Virus record (IMG/VR): IMGVR_UViG_3300020473_000024
Span: 21,012 to 85,011 of that record
Length of the DNA: 64,000 bases
Direction: 5' to 3' (one strand)
Source of the DNA: a virus
This document shows positions 29,919 to 39,718 of this stretch, piece after piece. The position numbers and the translations under genes are program-made. Each line of letters begins with the position of its first letter. Position 1 is the stretch's first letter. Under the pieces are notes generated by a model that did no database searches, was not told the origin of the DNA, and saw only the letters and a program-made list of their open reading frames with translations.

Positions 29919-31291
29919 ATCTCCTCCATCTTATCAGCTGATTCCTTGTCGAATCTAAAGTATTTAAAGATAGGGAAATGCAAACTATACTTAGGCTCAC
30001 CTTCTTTAGCATTTTTATTAGAAGATACGCCATTACATTCCCCTGCTACAATCATTCCTTCTAGCTCGCCCTTTTCAGCCATAACCATTAACAACTCTCT
30101 ATCATGTTCATGTCTTTCATCTAAAGGGATTCTTAGCTTTGTTTTAGCATCAGTATCCTTATCTTTAAATCCAGAGCCACAGTCAGTTCGTAGCATACCA
30201 CACTCGCTCTCTAGAATCAACCCTCCTAACTTATTAGGATTTTTCTTATGAGGATAGTAGCCTACAACACGTAGTGCGAAATCAATCACAGCTTTAAATT
30301 TAACTTGGTGTTTACTCCGTGTGTCCTCCCAAGGAGCATTTGAGTTTTTAAGAACAATACCTTCAAACCCTTCATCAATGTAAGAGATAGATAACTCTTT
30401 TGCTTCTTCAATACTGCTTACTTCGTGGGTCTCAATACTAGAGATAGAATCACTGCCTATAGAACTCACAATACTTTGTGACAAAGCAAATCGCTCGTGA
30501 TAAGGAACTCCCGAAAAACCTCTGAAGTAGTCTTCATAGTCGATAGCATCCCATACAACAAACTGGATGTTCTTTTCCTCTTCTTCTGATAGAGTGCCTT
30601 TTAAAGCCTTACCTACAATACCATTACCTGTCTGACGGATCTCTTCTCTATCTCCATCTACATAAATAAGCTCTCCATCAATTACAGTATCTGTCCCTAT
30701 CATACTTAGTTGTTTGCATAAGCTAGGCAGTTCAAACACATTGGCATTCCTACTATAAATGGTCACTTCTCCATCTTTAATCACAGCAATACCTCTTACA
30801 CCGTCAGCTTTCTTCTGTGCAATAGCTGGAAATTTAATATTCTTGATATTAGCTGGTTTACTAGGTCTGGCTAACATTTTAGGAATAGTCGAAATACAGC
30901 CCTCCCAAACACTGTTTGCTGTGCTTTCACTACAACCCACCTCTAAGTCTCTTAGGAGCACACGTCTGTACACTTCCTTATCTTCTAAGGAGAGTTGGCT
31001 AAATACCACTTCTACAAAGTCCGAGGCGGCATGACCTCGTAACTTTTGTTCACACAATACCTTGTTGGTTTCCTTAAGGGCTTCCTCTAGAGAAATACTA
31101 CCACTTTGCGGTGTCGGGGAAAGCCAGTCTTGGTTTATTTTTCTAATGTTAAAAGTGTAGCTCACCTTGTCATAAGCCATCTGGAAAACAAGCTTAAGAG
31201 TATAGTTATGTTTATTGCTATTCAAAATAGCTTCTTTTTCAGTCTTTTTAGTGGTAGCGCTAAGTTTATTTAATACATCTAATGTGTTCAT
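29912..31291 (-). CDS. ATP-dependent DNA ligase
   Basis: Motif I KADGVR, DGEL, VWD, EGIVLK, KFK, FPIFKYFRFDK. Confidence 0.93.
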   Translation of the reverse strand: MNTLDVLNKLSATTKKTEKEAILNSNKHNYTLKLVFQMAYDKVSYTFNIRKINQDWLSPTPQSGSISLEEALKETNKVLCEQKLRGHAASDFVEVVFSQLSLEDKEVYRRVLLRDLEVGCSESTANSVWEGCISTIPKMLARPSKPANIKNIKFPAIAQKKADGVRGIAVIKDGEVTIYSRNANVFELPSLCKQLSMIGTDTVIDGELIYVDGDREEIRQTGNGIVGKALKGTLSEEEEKNIQFVVWDAIDYEDYFRGFSGVPYHERFALSQSIVSSIGSDSISSIETHEVSSIEEAKELSISYIDEGFEGIVLKNSNAPWEDTRSKHQVKFKAVIDFALRVVGYYPHKKNPNKLGGLILESECGMLRTDCGSGFKDKDTDAKTKLRIPLDERHEHDRELLMVMAEKGELEGMIVAGECNGVSSNKNAKEGEPKYSLHFPIFKYFRFDKESADKMEEIC

Positions 31292-31572
31292 TTACTCTCC
31301 TTCCAATTAAGGTATAGCTCTTCAAATTCATCGAAAGATACTAAGCTCTTCCTGTCTCTAGAATCCATATATTCTGTCTGACAGTAAAAGTATGTTTTCC
31401 CAGCTTTACCACTCAGGTTAATGTTTGTAACGTAATAAGGTCTCCATCCTCGAATAGGCTTAGGGCTGAAAGCCTCTAAACCCATATCATCAAACATCTC
31501 CCTTACTTGGGTAATTTGTTTTTGCTCTAAAGGCGCTAAATCTATAGCTACTTTGTGGTTAAATGTTGCCAT
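31288..31572 (-). CDS. Hypothetical protein
   Basis: AGGAG RBS before MATFN. Confidence 0.55.
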   Translation of the reverse strand: MATFNHKVAIDLAPLEQKQITQVREMFDDMGLEAFSPKPIRGWRPYYVTNINLSGKAGKTYFYCQTEYMDSRDRKSLVSFDEFEELYLNWKESK

Positions 31573-32107
31573 ACTGCTCCTTAGCATTATAAAATCTTGG
31601 AAAAGCTATACCAGTGCCGTAGGTGTAAAGGATTCCCGATGGTGTTTCTCTAAACCCATAGCTCCCTAGCTCAATACCGCAAGGGGTTTCTAAATCAATC
31701 CCTTCTAGTGTATCTACTAGTCTAGTACCTCTCACACCTAACTGAGACATAACTCTCTGGGCTATAAGAGCCATCTGCTCTGGATTTTTTTCACTTAAAA
31801 CGCTGATAATCTCTAGTTTTAGAAATACCAAGCAAGAATCTTTATTGAGCAAAGGCTCAGGGCGGTAGCAAGGAGCTAAGGACTGGTAGTTACCAAAACC
31901 AAGCTGGTCTTCTTCTAACATCTGGATAAAGCTCTGCTCTGAGCTGGCACAATAGACTAATTCAGGGGAGTGGTGTAGATCAGGAATACCTTCTGGCTTG
32001 GTATGTTCAGAATATTTTTTCTTTATCACATGGGGAACGTCCACAGGGACAAAACCCTCTAATTGGTAAAGCTCTTTAGCTCTACATAAGTCTTCTAAGC
32101 CTATCAT
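31559..32107 (-). CDS. Minimal class-II aminoacyl-tRNA synthetase-like catalytic protein
   Basis: SSEQSF, motif-2-like PCYRPE...FLKLE, ELGSYG, motif-3-like GTGIAFPR; no anticodon-binding domain. Confidence 0.65.
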   Translation of the reverse strand: MIGLEDLCRAKELYQLEGFVPVDVPHVIKKKYSEHTKPEGIPDLHHSPELVYCASSEQSFIQMLEEDQLGFGNYQSLAPCYRPEPLLNKDSCLVFLKLEIISVLSEKNPEQMALIAQRVMSQLGVRGTRLVDTLEGIDLETPCGIELGSYGFRETPSGILYTYGTGIAFPRFYNAKEQYGNI

Positions 32108-32352
32108 TGTCTCACTCCACTTTTAAAAGCTCTTTTGGTGATATCGCTCATAAGCTGTAAGTCCTCTAGCTCCATATTAAAATTATTTTGGACATAGCTC
32201 TCTACAGCACCTAACAGATCAGATAGCTCAACTAGTTCCATGACTTTACTACCTTGGGAATGAGCATCTAACCACTCTTTATACTCTTCTATGATTTTAC
32301 TAGGCTCTCCTAACTCACCTTTCGGTATGTTTGTTAAATGATACCCAGCCAT
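32104..32352 (-). CDS. MazG/PRA-PH-like all-alpha NTP pyrophosphohydrolase
   Basis: IIEEYKE...ELSDLL (EExxE...ExxD). Confidence 0.6.
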   Translation of the reverse strand: MAGYHLTNIPKGELGEPSKIIEEYKEWLDAHSQGSKVMELVELSDLLGAVESYVQNNFNMELEDLQLMSDITKRAFKSGVRQ

Positions 32353-32353
32353 A

Positions 32354-32554
32354 TTACCTCCTATCGATTTTATCTTTCATAAAGGTATCTGTTAATCGGA
32401 TAATTAGATATACCACAGCTAACCATACCATGTGGAATGGGAATAAAATAAATAGAGGTATTTGCCTAATCTCAGGGAAATCAGAATACTTTAGTTCCCA
32501 GACAATAACGAAAAACCCTGCGATTAAATAAGCTAACAAAAGTATGTACTCAAT
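32354..32554 (-). CDS. Small membrane protein
   Basis: AGGAGG RBS before MIEY; two hydrophobic segments. Confidence 0.55.
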   Translation of the reverse strand: MEYILLLAYLIAGFFVIVWELKYSDFPEIRQIPLFILFPFHMVWLAVVYLIIRLTDTFMKDKIDRR

Positions 32555-32744
32555 CATCCTTCCTCCTTGGTGAAAACACCAGCTGACAATCTTTTTCTTC
32601 AACGACTAAAGACTGGCACTCATTGTCTAACAATGGTTGGCAAACAAGCTTATCTTTAGCACTTTGTGTTACAACAGCATAACGGAGGGGCGAATCAAGC
32701 CCCTCCTTGTTAATGTACACTAATGAGTTCTTAGGATATGCCAT
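32550..32744 (-). CDS. Hypothetical protein
   Basis: Start MAYPK right after the NAMPT-like stop. Confidence 0.5.
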   Translation of the reverse strand: MAYPKNSLVYINKEGLDSPLRYAVVTQSAKDKLVCQPLLDNECQSLVVEEKDCQLVFSPRRKDD

Positions 32745-32745
32745 A

Positions 32746-34377
32746 TTACCCCCAAAGACGTTCTCGAATCTCTTGGAAAGATTGTGTGTTAAAAAGCTCC
32801 CCATCTTTAAAGACTGTCTTCAGAAGCCCTTGTTGCTCTTGCTCTCGTGTTTGTTGATCGAAAAGGGCAATATTCCCATTCTCGTCATAATCTACACGGA
32901 GTAAACCTTTAGCAGACTTTTTAGTACCATCGTCTGTAGCAGGATCTTTAAACAGCTCGTGGGATTGTCCATTCACCTCTGCGTAGGTTGCCTTTACTGC
33001 CATACCAAGAGTATCACGGGTCATGTACTGCATCGTAAAACTACCCACACCAAACACTACATTTGTAGAGGCAAAGCCTTTATCGGCTAATCGCTCACAA
33101 ATCTGCTGGATACGTTCATAGTTCATACTATCCCCGTAGATAAGACCTACACGCTCGTGCAGTACACGATAGCCTTGCTCAGTCTCAGTACCACCGAAGA
33201 TGTCCCACAACACTTCGATTGCACCTTTCACTTCGTGCTCTGCTAACTCTTTTCCAAGAACAGCCTTACCTCTGAAGTTGTTAAGTTCAAACCACTGTCC
33301 GTCTATCTTCACAGCCTCAGGCATCTTAAGAACGTTATTATTGTAGTGATACAAAGCCAAGTCTGCTTCAGTAAATTCCTTGTCACTTGTTGTGTAGCCA
33401 GTAACAATCTTAACAGGATCACCACTATCGGGACGAAATACTGTCTTAGCAATACCCAACTCATTTGGAATACGGTTAAGGATATCCTGTTTCAATTCAA
33501 CTACATACTCAGTTAATACCTTCCAAAAATCAAAAGTGTCTGAGATAACTGATACAATACCCGTAGGGTAGTCTTCTGTAATCCACTTACGCAACATTTC
33601 CAGTTCGCCTCGTACAGCAATACCTGTTGAAGCTAGACTGTGTTCACTCGCTGGAACAGAGGTTGAAATAAATTCATTACTCCAGTGTGATTTATAGTAG
33701 TTAGCAATAAACTGATTAGCTGGAACTGTGTCACTACCATTACTAGATAGTAAGAATGCACTACTACTCTTAGCGGAATCTTGACGGTTAGACATCCCAC
33801 GGAAGCTAAAGTCGTGTAGCTGAAACTCTGTACCGTCAGTAGAGCCTGTTGTGTGAACAGCACACTTATTAACAAGCTTACGGTAGTACCAGATTAAGGT
33901 TGCTACCGTCTGTGCTTTCCAAGTCTCACAGCTCATAATAGTTTCGACAAAGTTGGTCAACCAAGCGAACTGTGGGATAGTGTTCTGAATTGTGTAAGTA
34001 GGCACTTTAATAGGTACTACCATACCTTCTGGTAAAGCCTTAACTTCCAAAGGTAGATAACCTAGGCGGTGTAGCTCTCGGAAGTGTTCTGTCTTCTCGT
34101 AAGGCATACCATAAACGTCTTTGTAAAAACCTTGCAAGTATCCTACAGCACTATCTTCAGGCATATTGAAGAAAGTGACTGACATTTCTGTTAGGAAAAA
34201 ATCAATAAGCGTGTGTTGCAAGCCGTACACAACGTAGACACCTTCTTTCTCTATCTCTGGGATAGGTAGCCACTTCTCACTACGAGGGGTCATGTTAGAA
34301 TAGATCAAGGTTGTTCCATTCTCCATAAAACCTTTATGAGATAGTTTGTAGCTGTCGGTTTGAATCATACCGTTCAT
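32746..34377 (-). CDS. Nicotinamide phosphoribosyltransferase-like protein (NAMPT/NadV family; probable NARP1 Namat)
   Basis: TDSYKLSH, LHDFSFRG, VPASEHS, SDTFDFW, RPDSGDP, LIYGDS, KKSAKG; GGAGG RBS before MNG. Confidence 0.9.
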   Translation of the reverse strand: MNGMIQTDSYKLSHKGFMENGTTLIYSNMTPRSEKWLPIPEIEKEGVYVVYGLQHTLIDFFLTEMSVTFFNMPEDSAVGYLQGFYKDVYGMPYEKTEHFRELHRLGYLPLEVKALPEGMVVPIKVPTYTIQNTIPQFAWLTNFVETIMSCETWKAQTVATLIWYYRKLVNKCAVHTTGSTDGTEFQLHDFSFRGMSNRQDSAKSSSAFLLSSNGSDTVPANQFIANYYKSHWSNEFISTSVPASEHSLASTGIAVRGELEMLRKWITEDYPTGIVSVISDTFDFWKVLTEYVVELKQDILNRIPNELGIAKTVFRPDSGDPVKIVTGYTTSDKEFTEADLALYHYNNNVLKMPEAVKIDGQWFELNNFRGKAVLGKELAEHEVKGAIEVLWDIFGGTETEQGYRVLHERVGLIYGDSMNYERIQQICERLADKGFASTNVVFGVGSFTMQYMTRDTLGMAVKATYAEVNGQSHELFKDPATDDGTKKSAKGLLRVDYDENGNIALFDQQTREQEQQGLLKTVFKDGELFNTQSFQEIRERLWG

Positions 34378-34378
34378 G

Positions 34379-35248
34379 TTATTCTCCTCCATTAAAATCA
34401 TCGATATCTTTTAGGCTAATATAATTAGCCACTGTTTGTTCACAATATATATTGTCTACCAAACCTTTGAAGATGTCAAGACCTTTTGAAAAGATTCCGT
34501 GTGTTACGTATAAAGAAACAGAGTTAGCTCCAGCCTCTTTAAGGGCTTCAGCACATTTCAAAAAGGTCATACCTCCATCACAGATATCATCGGTAATCAA
34601 AATATCTTTCCCCAATACAATCTCAGGACTCTCAAGCTTGAATCCAGTGATCCAGCCCGTAGAAACATCCCGTTCTTTCTCACAAAAAGTAACAGGCACT
34701 TGGAACACAAAACCGTTCTGAAGTGTTTTATCTACAGCTCCTTTATCTGGTGCTACAAACAAACAACTTTCTTTTTTAATCAAGTCAGAAAGACTTTCAT
34801 TTCTACGGCAAGTATTAAGTAGACAGTCATATTGGCTAATCTCCTCAATCATATTCCTGACCATCACATCTTCTTTAACCACATCGCTATGAAGATCTTT
34901 GCACAGTATTTTATCAAAACTCGTTGTCCAAAGACACTGAATAAACACTTGTAAAGGGGCTACCATCCCTTCTTCAAAAGGTCGATCTGCCCTAGCATGA
35001 GGAAAGTAAGGTAGGTTAAGCTTTCGCTCCACAGTGGAAGATATATTAGCCTTTACAAGAATTTCATCTACCACTTCGATTATATTGGAGTAGCTTGCTA
35101 CTGGTGTATCTGGGGAGATGGTGAGGCAAACATAATTCTCCAGATTTTCTAAAGCTTCCTTATCGATCTGGATATTAAAACCACCGTCACTGAACTCTAT
35201 AAATTTAGTGGAGATTTCTTTATTATCCCCTATAACCTGAATAGTCAT
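34379..35248 (-). CDS. Ribose-phosphate pyrophosphokinase-like protein (probable NARP1 Adps)
   Basis: FSDG, PYFPHARADR, DLHS, APDKGA, DDICDGGMTF, VTHGIFSKG. Confidence 0.9.
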   Translation of the reverse strand: MTIQVIGDNKEISTKFIEFSDGGFNIQIDKEALENLENYVCLTISPDTPVASYSNIIEVVDEILVKANISSTVERKLNLPYFPHARADRPFEEGMVAPLQVFIQCLWTTSFDKILCKDLHSDVVKEDVMVRNMIEEISQYDCLLNTCRRNESLSDLIKKESCLFVAPDKGAVDKTLQNGFVFQVPVTFCEKERDVSTGWITGFKLESPEIVLGKDILITDDICDGGMTFLKCAEALKEAGANSVSLYVTHGIFSKGLDIFKGLVDNIYCEQTVANYISLKDIDDFNGGE

Positions 35249-35781
35249 ACATCCTCCAATTTGAGTTTCTTAATAACCTCTTCTCTTTGCCAAGGCAGAT
35301 ACAAATTATACCAAGGCACTGAATATTGTTTAGCTAGTTGAACAGCTGTATTAGTTCCACCCTCTACTCCATCTTTAGTGGGAGGAGACCAGCATATTAA
35401 CACACGAGAAGGTGTTTGTAAATCATCTCCTAGCACTTGGTAGACATTACGAGCGTGAAACTTTAAAAAAGTTCCCTTTAAATTATCCCCTAAAGGGTGT
35501 ACGCTCCTAGCAATATAGATAGCTTCTTCGTAGTTATCGAAAGTAGAAGGATCTACATGGAATCTATCTACACTGAAGCCATTAAAACCTACCCAAGGGA
35601 GGTAAGACCTAAAACTTTGCTCAGATATACCACCTTCTTCGAAAGCTAAGTCGCTCCCATCAGCGCTACCGCTTCTACCCTTATAGCCCCATCGAGCAAG
35701 CTGTACAGCTATCTTTGTTTGTAATTCCATGATCTCTGGTGGAGTTTTTCTACTGCCTACTCCAGTGTAAAATAAATCCAT
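35245..35781 (-). CDS. SLOG/DprA-like nucleotide-binding protein
   Basis: YTGVGSRKTP, RSGSADGSD.AFE, ARN..QVLG, GGT. Confidence 0.7.
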   Translation of the reverse strand: MDLFYTGVGSRKTPPEIMELQTKIAVQLARWGYKGRSGSADGSDLAFEEGGISEQSFRSYLPWVGFNGFSVDRFHVDPSTFDNYEEAIYIARSVHPLGDNLKGTFLKFHARNVYQVLGDDLQTPSRVLICWSPPTKDGVEGGTNTAVQLAKQYSVPWYNLYLPWQREEVIKKLKLEDV

Positions 35782-35789
35782 ACCACCTC

Positions 35790-36380
35790 CTAAACTATCC
35801 ACATCAACCTAGAGGTAAGCCCCATGTTATTCTGGTCAAATTCAAACCAGCTGTAGGCAACACTGTTTGCTGTCGGCTCTAAACTTATATCACCACTTTC
35901 GTCAATAACCCCTTTAGGGCAACTGACTCTGAACCCGAACTGATACATGGACTTAAGATCCCACTCTTTAGAGTCAAATTTACTAGCCCTTCCATTACTC
36001 TCTATTGTGGTCATCCTATTAAACATAAGTAGATTTGAGCACAAGCTAAGGGCTTTGTCCACAAACTCTTTCGTTAGCTTAAAAGGTGGGTTAAAGATAA
36101 TGCACTCAACATCCTCTGGTATATCTTCCAATTCCAGAAAATTCGTCACCTTATCCAGCTTACCTGTATAATCTACCAAATCATACCTGTACACTTTCTT
36201 CCCTTTACTCTCTAAGAAATCGGAGATAGCTCCCAGACCATCACAAGGGTCTAGAAAGACATCAAACTGGTCTATAACTGATCGGTATTGTTCGTAGAAG
36301 GATTCTAAAGCAACAGGAGGGGTGATATAAAGATCGTCCCCTCCTTTGCTCACATCCCTCTTTGTGTTAGGGCTTGCCAT
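35790..36380 (-). CDS. Putative N6-adenine DNA methyltransferase
   Basis: YITP, LDPCDGLG (motif I), NPPF (motif IV). Confidence 0.75.
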   Translation of the reverse strand: MASPNTKRDVSKGGDDLYITPPVALESFYEQYRSVIDQFDVFLDPCDGLGAISDFLESKGKKVYRYDLVDYTGKLDKVTNFLELEDIPEDVECIIFNPPFKLTKEFVDKALSLCSNLLMFNRMTTIESNGRASKFDSKEWDLKSMYQFGFRVSCPKGVIDESGDISLEPTANSVAYSWFEFDQNNMGLTSRLMWIV

Positions 36381-36793
36381 TAGTGGAGCTGACCTCCTCC
36401 ATTACCGTTAGGCGTGATGGCTTGCTCCAACTCTGCCAGAAGGTCATCAATAGGCGACTTAATAGCCTCCACTTGAGCGTTAGCTTCAGATGTTAAATCA
36501 ATAGCGTAGTCAAGCTTCTTCGCAGGATCAGTAAGATCTAGCGCGAGTGTGCAGTTAATTACAACAACACCCTCCTCCACATCTTCTTCAATAACATCGA
36601 AAATGAAGTGAATACCCCGAAAGTAAGGCAAGCTCTCACTTTGTTGAAGAGTGTCTTTAGCTACGCTTTCAACCACCTCGGTGAGTTCAGAGAAGCTCAC
36701 AGGGCGCTGTGACTCAGTGCGGTTGGAGTTGATTACTTCAACAGCCTTCTGGACTGAACGGCGATCATATACTACTAAAAATTTCTTAAACAT
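36380..36793 (-). CDS. Hypothetical protein
   Basis: AGGAG RBS. Confidence 0.6.
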   Translation of the reverse strand: MFKKFLVVYDRRSVQKAVEVINSNRTESQRPVSFSELTEVVESVAKDTLQQSESLPYFRGIHFIFDVIEEDVEEGVVVINCTLALDLTDPAKKLDYAIDLTSEANAQVEAIKSPIDDLLAELEQAITPNGNGGGQLH

Positions 36794-36802
36794 AATATCT
36801 CC

Positions 36803-37747
36803 TTAAAATTCTACGTTATATTTACCTACTTGGATAATATTCGGGATATCCAATAAATCCCACATGCGAACAACCTGAGGTCGATCATCAAACAAAGCAA
36901 TAACATTATACTTGCCACGAACTTGGTTGTCAAATAATTCATACTTAATAATGTCATCTTTTCGACTGTCTTTGGGAGATCGTTGGTAAAGATCCCATTT
37001 AATACCCAGCCGAGCTAAATCGTCTGTGATAATGTTGTCCTCAATCCACTGTGCAGAGGAATCGTAGCAGACTCCATCCCTGCCAGAAAAGAATGTAATA
37101 TGTCCCGTCTTAAGTGCTAGAGCACTCACCATATCGATGACCTCTTGGCGGGGCTTATCTAAATGAACTTTATCCCAATCAAAAGGTTTCCGAACACCAG
37201 TCATATCCGCAACAGTGCCATCTAAGTCCACGATGATAGTATCCTCTAGGAATAGACAATCTTCGTAGGGCTTGATTTTATTTCCACCAATAGTACCAAA
37301 TTGTTGCATAAAACGCTTGTATTGACTCCAAAGAAGACTTTCTGGTAAACCGCCCTCACGCTGTGCATTCCGTTTGACAAGTGTTTCCCAGCTTTCTTGG
37401 AAATATTTATACTCCACTTCATAGCCGTTCTCTTCAGCCCAACTCTCCCATTTACCTCGGATGGCTGGGCTGAGGTTCGTGTCAGAAATAATAATGTTAT
37501 GCTGTAGTACAGAGGCATCAAAAGCCTTTTGATCGACCACTTTTGTAACACGTTTTTCATTACTATTGTTGAACTTGTACTTTGTCCAATCCCGAACACC
37601 ATTGTTAAACAAAGCAAAGCGAATATCATCACGGTTGAGATTGACCCACTTAGGGTCTCCTTGCAGGGCTTGTTCTAAGATATACTCTTCAGCCCATTTT
37701 GTCTTACCAGAGCTGGACGCTCCTACAGTCATAATTAATTTAAGCAT
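36803..37747 (-). CDS. pseT: Polynucleotide 5'-kinase/3'-phosphatase (T4 PseT-like)
   Basis: GASSSGKT, NRDDIR, DTNL kinase; DLDGT, SGR, FDDR HAD phosphatase. Confidence 0.9.
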   Translation of the reverse strand: MLKLIMTVGASSSGKTKWAEEYILEQALQGDPKWVNLNRDDIRFALFNNGVRDWTKYKFNNSNEKRVTKVVDQKAFDASVLQHNIIISDTNLSPAIRGKWESWAEENGYEVEYKYFQESWETLVKRNAQREGGLPESLLWSQYKRFMQQFGTIGGNKIKPYEDCLFLEDTIIVDLDGTVADMTGVRKPFDWDKVHLDKPRQEVIDMVSALALKTGHITFFSGRDGVCYDSSAQWIEDNIITDDLARLGIKWDLYQRSPKDSRKDDIIKYELFDNQVRGKYNVIALFDDRPQVVRMWDLLDIPNIIQVGKYNVEF

Positions 37748-39042
37748 TAACTAGAATCCTCCATATCAACGTTGTTTTCTCTATAAATGCCCTCCAAAAT
37801 TTTAAAAGGGATAGACTTATTCTTATAGAACTTCGGCACTAACGTCTCTCCATCTACACGAATCACAACACCCTCGCTAATGTGGGATGGGTCTCGATAG
37901 TCCTCACAAAGGTTATCTTCACGCTCTGTTAATACGTCTACCACATTCATTAAACTGTCAGAGTCTCCTCGGTAAACAAAAGGCTCTACTAGATCAAGAG
38001 TAGATTCAATACCACGGTCTTCACACCAACGTTTGAATTGACTTTGTGTTAAATCAATTTCTGTGCCATCGATGGACGTGATTGTCACACGATAAGCATA
38101 AAACTTATACTCATCTGGGAGGCAGTTATAAGTGTAAGTAATCTCTTTACCATACTTCTTAGTGAACTGCTTATCCTTTAGTTTAGTTACGTCATGCGTA
38201 CCCATAATAGGTTTACCATTAGCAAAGCCTACAATCTCTCCATACACAGTAACACCTCGGTTAAGGAAGGGTTTTAGTTGCTCTAAAATCTCAAAGCGGA
38301 AGCCTTCATTACCGTGAAATCCTTCTTTATCTTTTTGAGAATTTTTAAGAACAACCCTGCGTGTCCCTGCTACATAATCCCACTCCTGAGTCTCGAAAAT
38401 AGGAACAACCTTATTTACAAGACGTTTCCACCAAGGTAATTCTTTCTCAACTAAGGTGTGGCTATAACGAGCCGATGTTCCATGACCTTTTGCTTGAATA
38501 CTAATAATAGAGCCAGCTGGAATGCGATCAACATGATACTTGAATTGATCAGTATCAACGTGTTGATGAAATAAAGGTGTTTCTTGCTTCTTACGCGCTT
38601 TTGTCCTTTGATTTGCTTGGGCTTTTTTAGTGCGAGGGTTGATATACTTCTGAGCAATAGGCACTCCATTTAGTTCTTCAAACATCATGCCTAACTCTAA
38701 CTTACTGATATCATACCCTGTAAAATGGAAGGACTCTAACCCAGCAAAGTAACCACACGACTTAACACCTAAGAAAGGTTGTGCGCGTACCCTGCGGTTA
38801 TCTTCAAAGAATCCCTTAGCCTTTGGGTTTTTGTTGTTTTCACTGTTACGATACAGCCCATTATCACTAACATAATCGTGAGATAGTTGAGTCTCAGCTG
38901 GGAAGTACACACCTAAGTCTCCCTCTTTAGCTGTCTTGGATACGATAACAGGCTCACCAAGTACATAAGCTACTTGGATGTTATCTGCTTTTTCAATCTG
39001 TTCTGTTTTTGCAATCTTAGCAATAATACCACAGTAGTTCAT
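37747..39042 (-). CDS. RNA ligase (DRB0094/Rnl5-like)
   Basis: N-terminal ADNIQ...GVYF domain; KGHGTS, YGEIVG, EGVVIR, KNKS; AGGAGG RBS before MNYCG. Confidence 0.8.
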   Translation of the reverse strand: MNYCGIIAKIAKTEQIEKADNIQVAYVLGEPVIVSKTAKEGDLGVYFPAETQLSHDYVSDNGLYRNSENNKNPKAKGFFEDNRRVRAQPFLGVKSCGYFAGLESFHFTGYDISKLELGMMFEELNGVPIAQKYINPRTKKAQANQRTKARKKQETPLFHQHVDTDQFKYHVDRIPAGSIISIQAKGHGTSARYSHTLVEKELPWWKRLVNKVVPIFETQEWDYVAGTRRVVLKNSQKDKEGFHGNEGFRFEILEQLKPFLNRGVTVYGEIVGFANGKPIMGTHDVTKLKDKQFTKKYGKEITYTYNCLPDEYKFYAYRVTITSIDGTEIDLTQSQFKRWCEDRGIESTLDLVEPFVYRGDSDSLMNVVDVLTEREDNLCEDYRDPSHISEGVVIRVDGETLVPKFYKNKSIPFKILEGIYRENNVDMEDSS

Positions 39043-39071
39043 TAAAATACCTCCTAAATTTAGACAATAAA

Positions 39072-39101
39072 AAGCCATGTACCCAAAAGGATACACGGCT
39101 T
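39072..39101 (-). terminator. Terminator hairpin after clpP-like gene
   Basis: AAGCCGTGTATCC-TTTT-GGGTACATGGCTTTT. Confidence 0.6.
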
Positions 39102-39112
39102 AACTAGGATTG

Positions 39113-39718
39113 TCAACTATTATTTTCTTTTAATTCCTCAGAATCAGATTCTTCTAAGGAGTTCAGCTTATTACGCTTCTCAAGCCTTTCAACGATTTCC
39201 TCAGCGTCCATCCACATATCATGTCCATCTAACACTTTGTCAATCTCTTCTAGTGTTAAAAAGTTATGGTAGTAGTCAAGGTAGCATTTACGTAAGTGTT
39301 TACGAGAGAAGTCTACTTGTTTATTTAGTTTAGCGCTACTATCTAAGACTCCATAAGTGCTCTCATGTATCATAAGAGAGCTATTAGGGGCTATAACATG
39401 CTGATCTGCCTGTAAGAATAAAGCCCCTGCCGCAGAATAAGCATTACCTTCTAAATATCCTACTGTGGTTGCCTCTGTACCCCGTATGTTATTAATTAAT
39501 TGGATAAGAGTATCTAAACGACCTCCTCCAGAGTTGATGTGCATCTTAATAACATCGTTAGGGGTGGCATTTCGATAAATAGTGAAGTCTTCTCTGTATT
39601 CAGAAGGACTTCCTATATCCCCGTCATACTCAACACTGTAAAGGAAAGCATAAGGCGTTTTATTGATTCTTTTAGCCTCTTGTACGCCTAAGGATAAAAT
39701 ATCCTCCAATTCTTCCAT
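39113..39718 (-). CDS. clpP: ClpP-like protease subunit
   Basis: INSGGG, AYSAA (catalytic Ser), LMIH, DMW. Confidence 0.8.
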   Translation of the reverse strand: MEELEDILSLGVQEAKRINKTPYAFLYSVEYDGDIGSPSEYREDFTIYRNATPNDVIKMHINSGGGRLDTLIQLINNIRGTEATTVGYLEGNAYSAAGALFLQADQHVIAPNSSLMIHESTYGVLDSSAKLNKQVDFSRKHLRKCYLDYYHNFLTLEEIDKVLDGHDMWMDAEEIVERLEKRNKLNSLEESDSEELKENNS

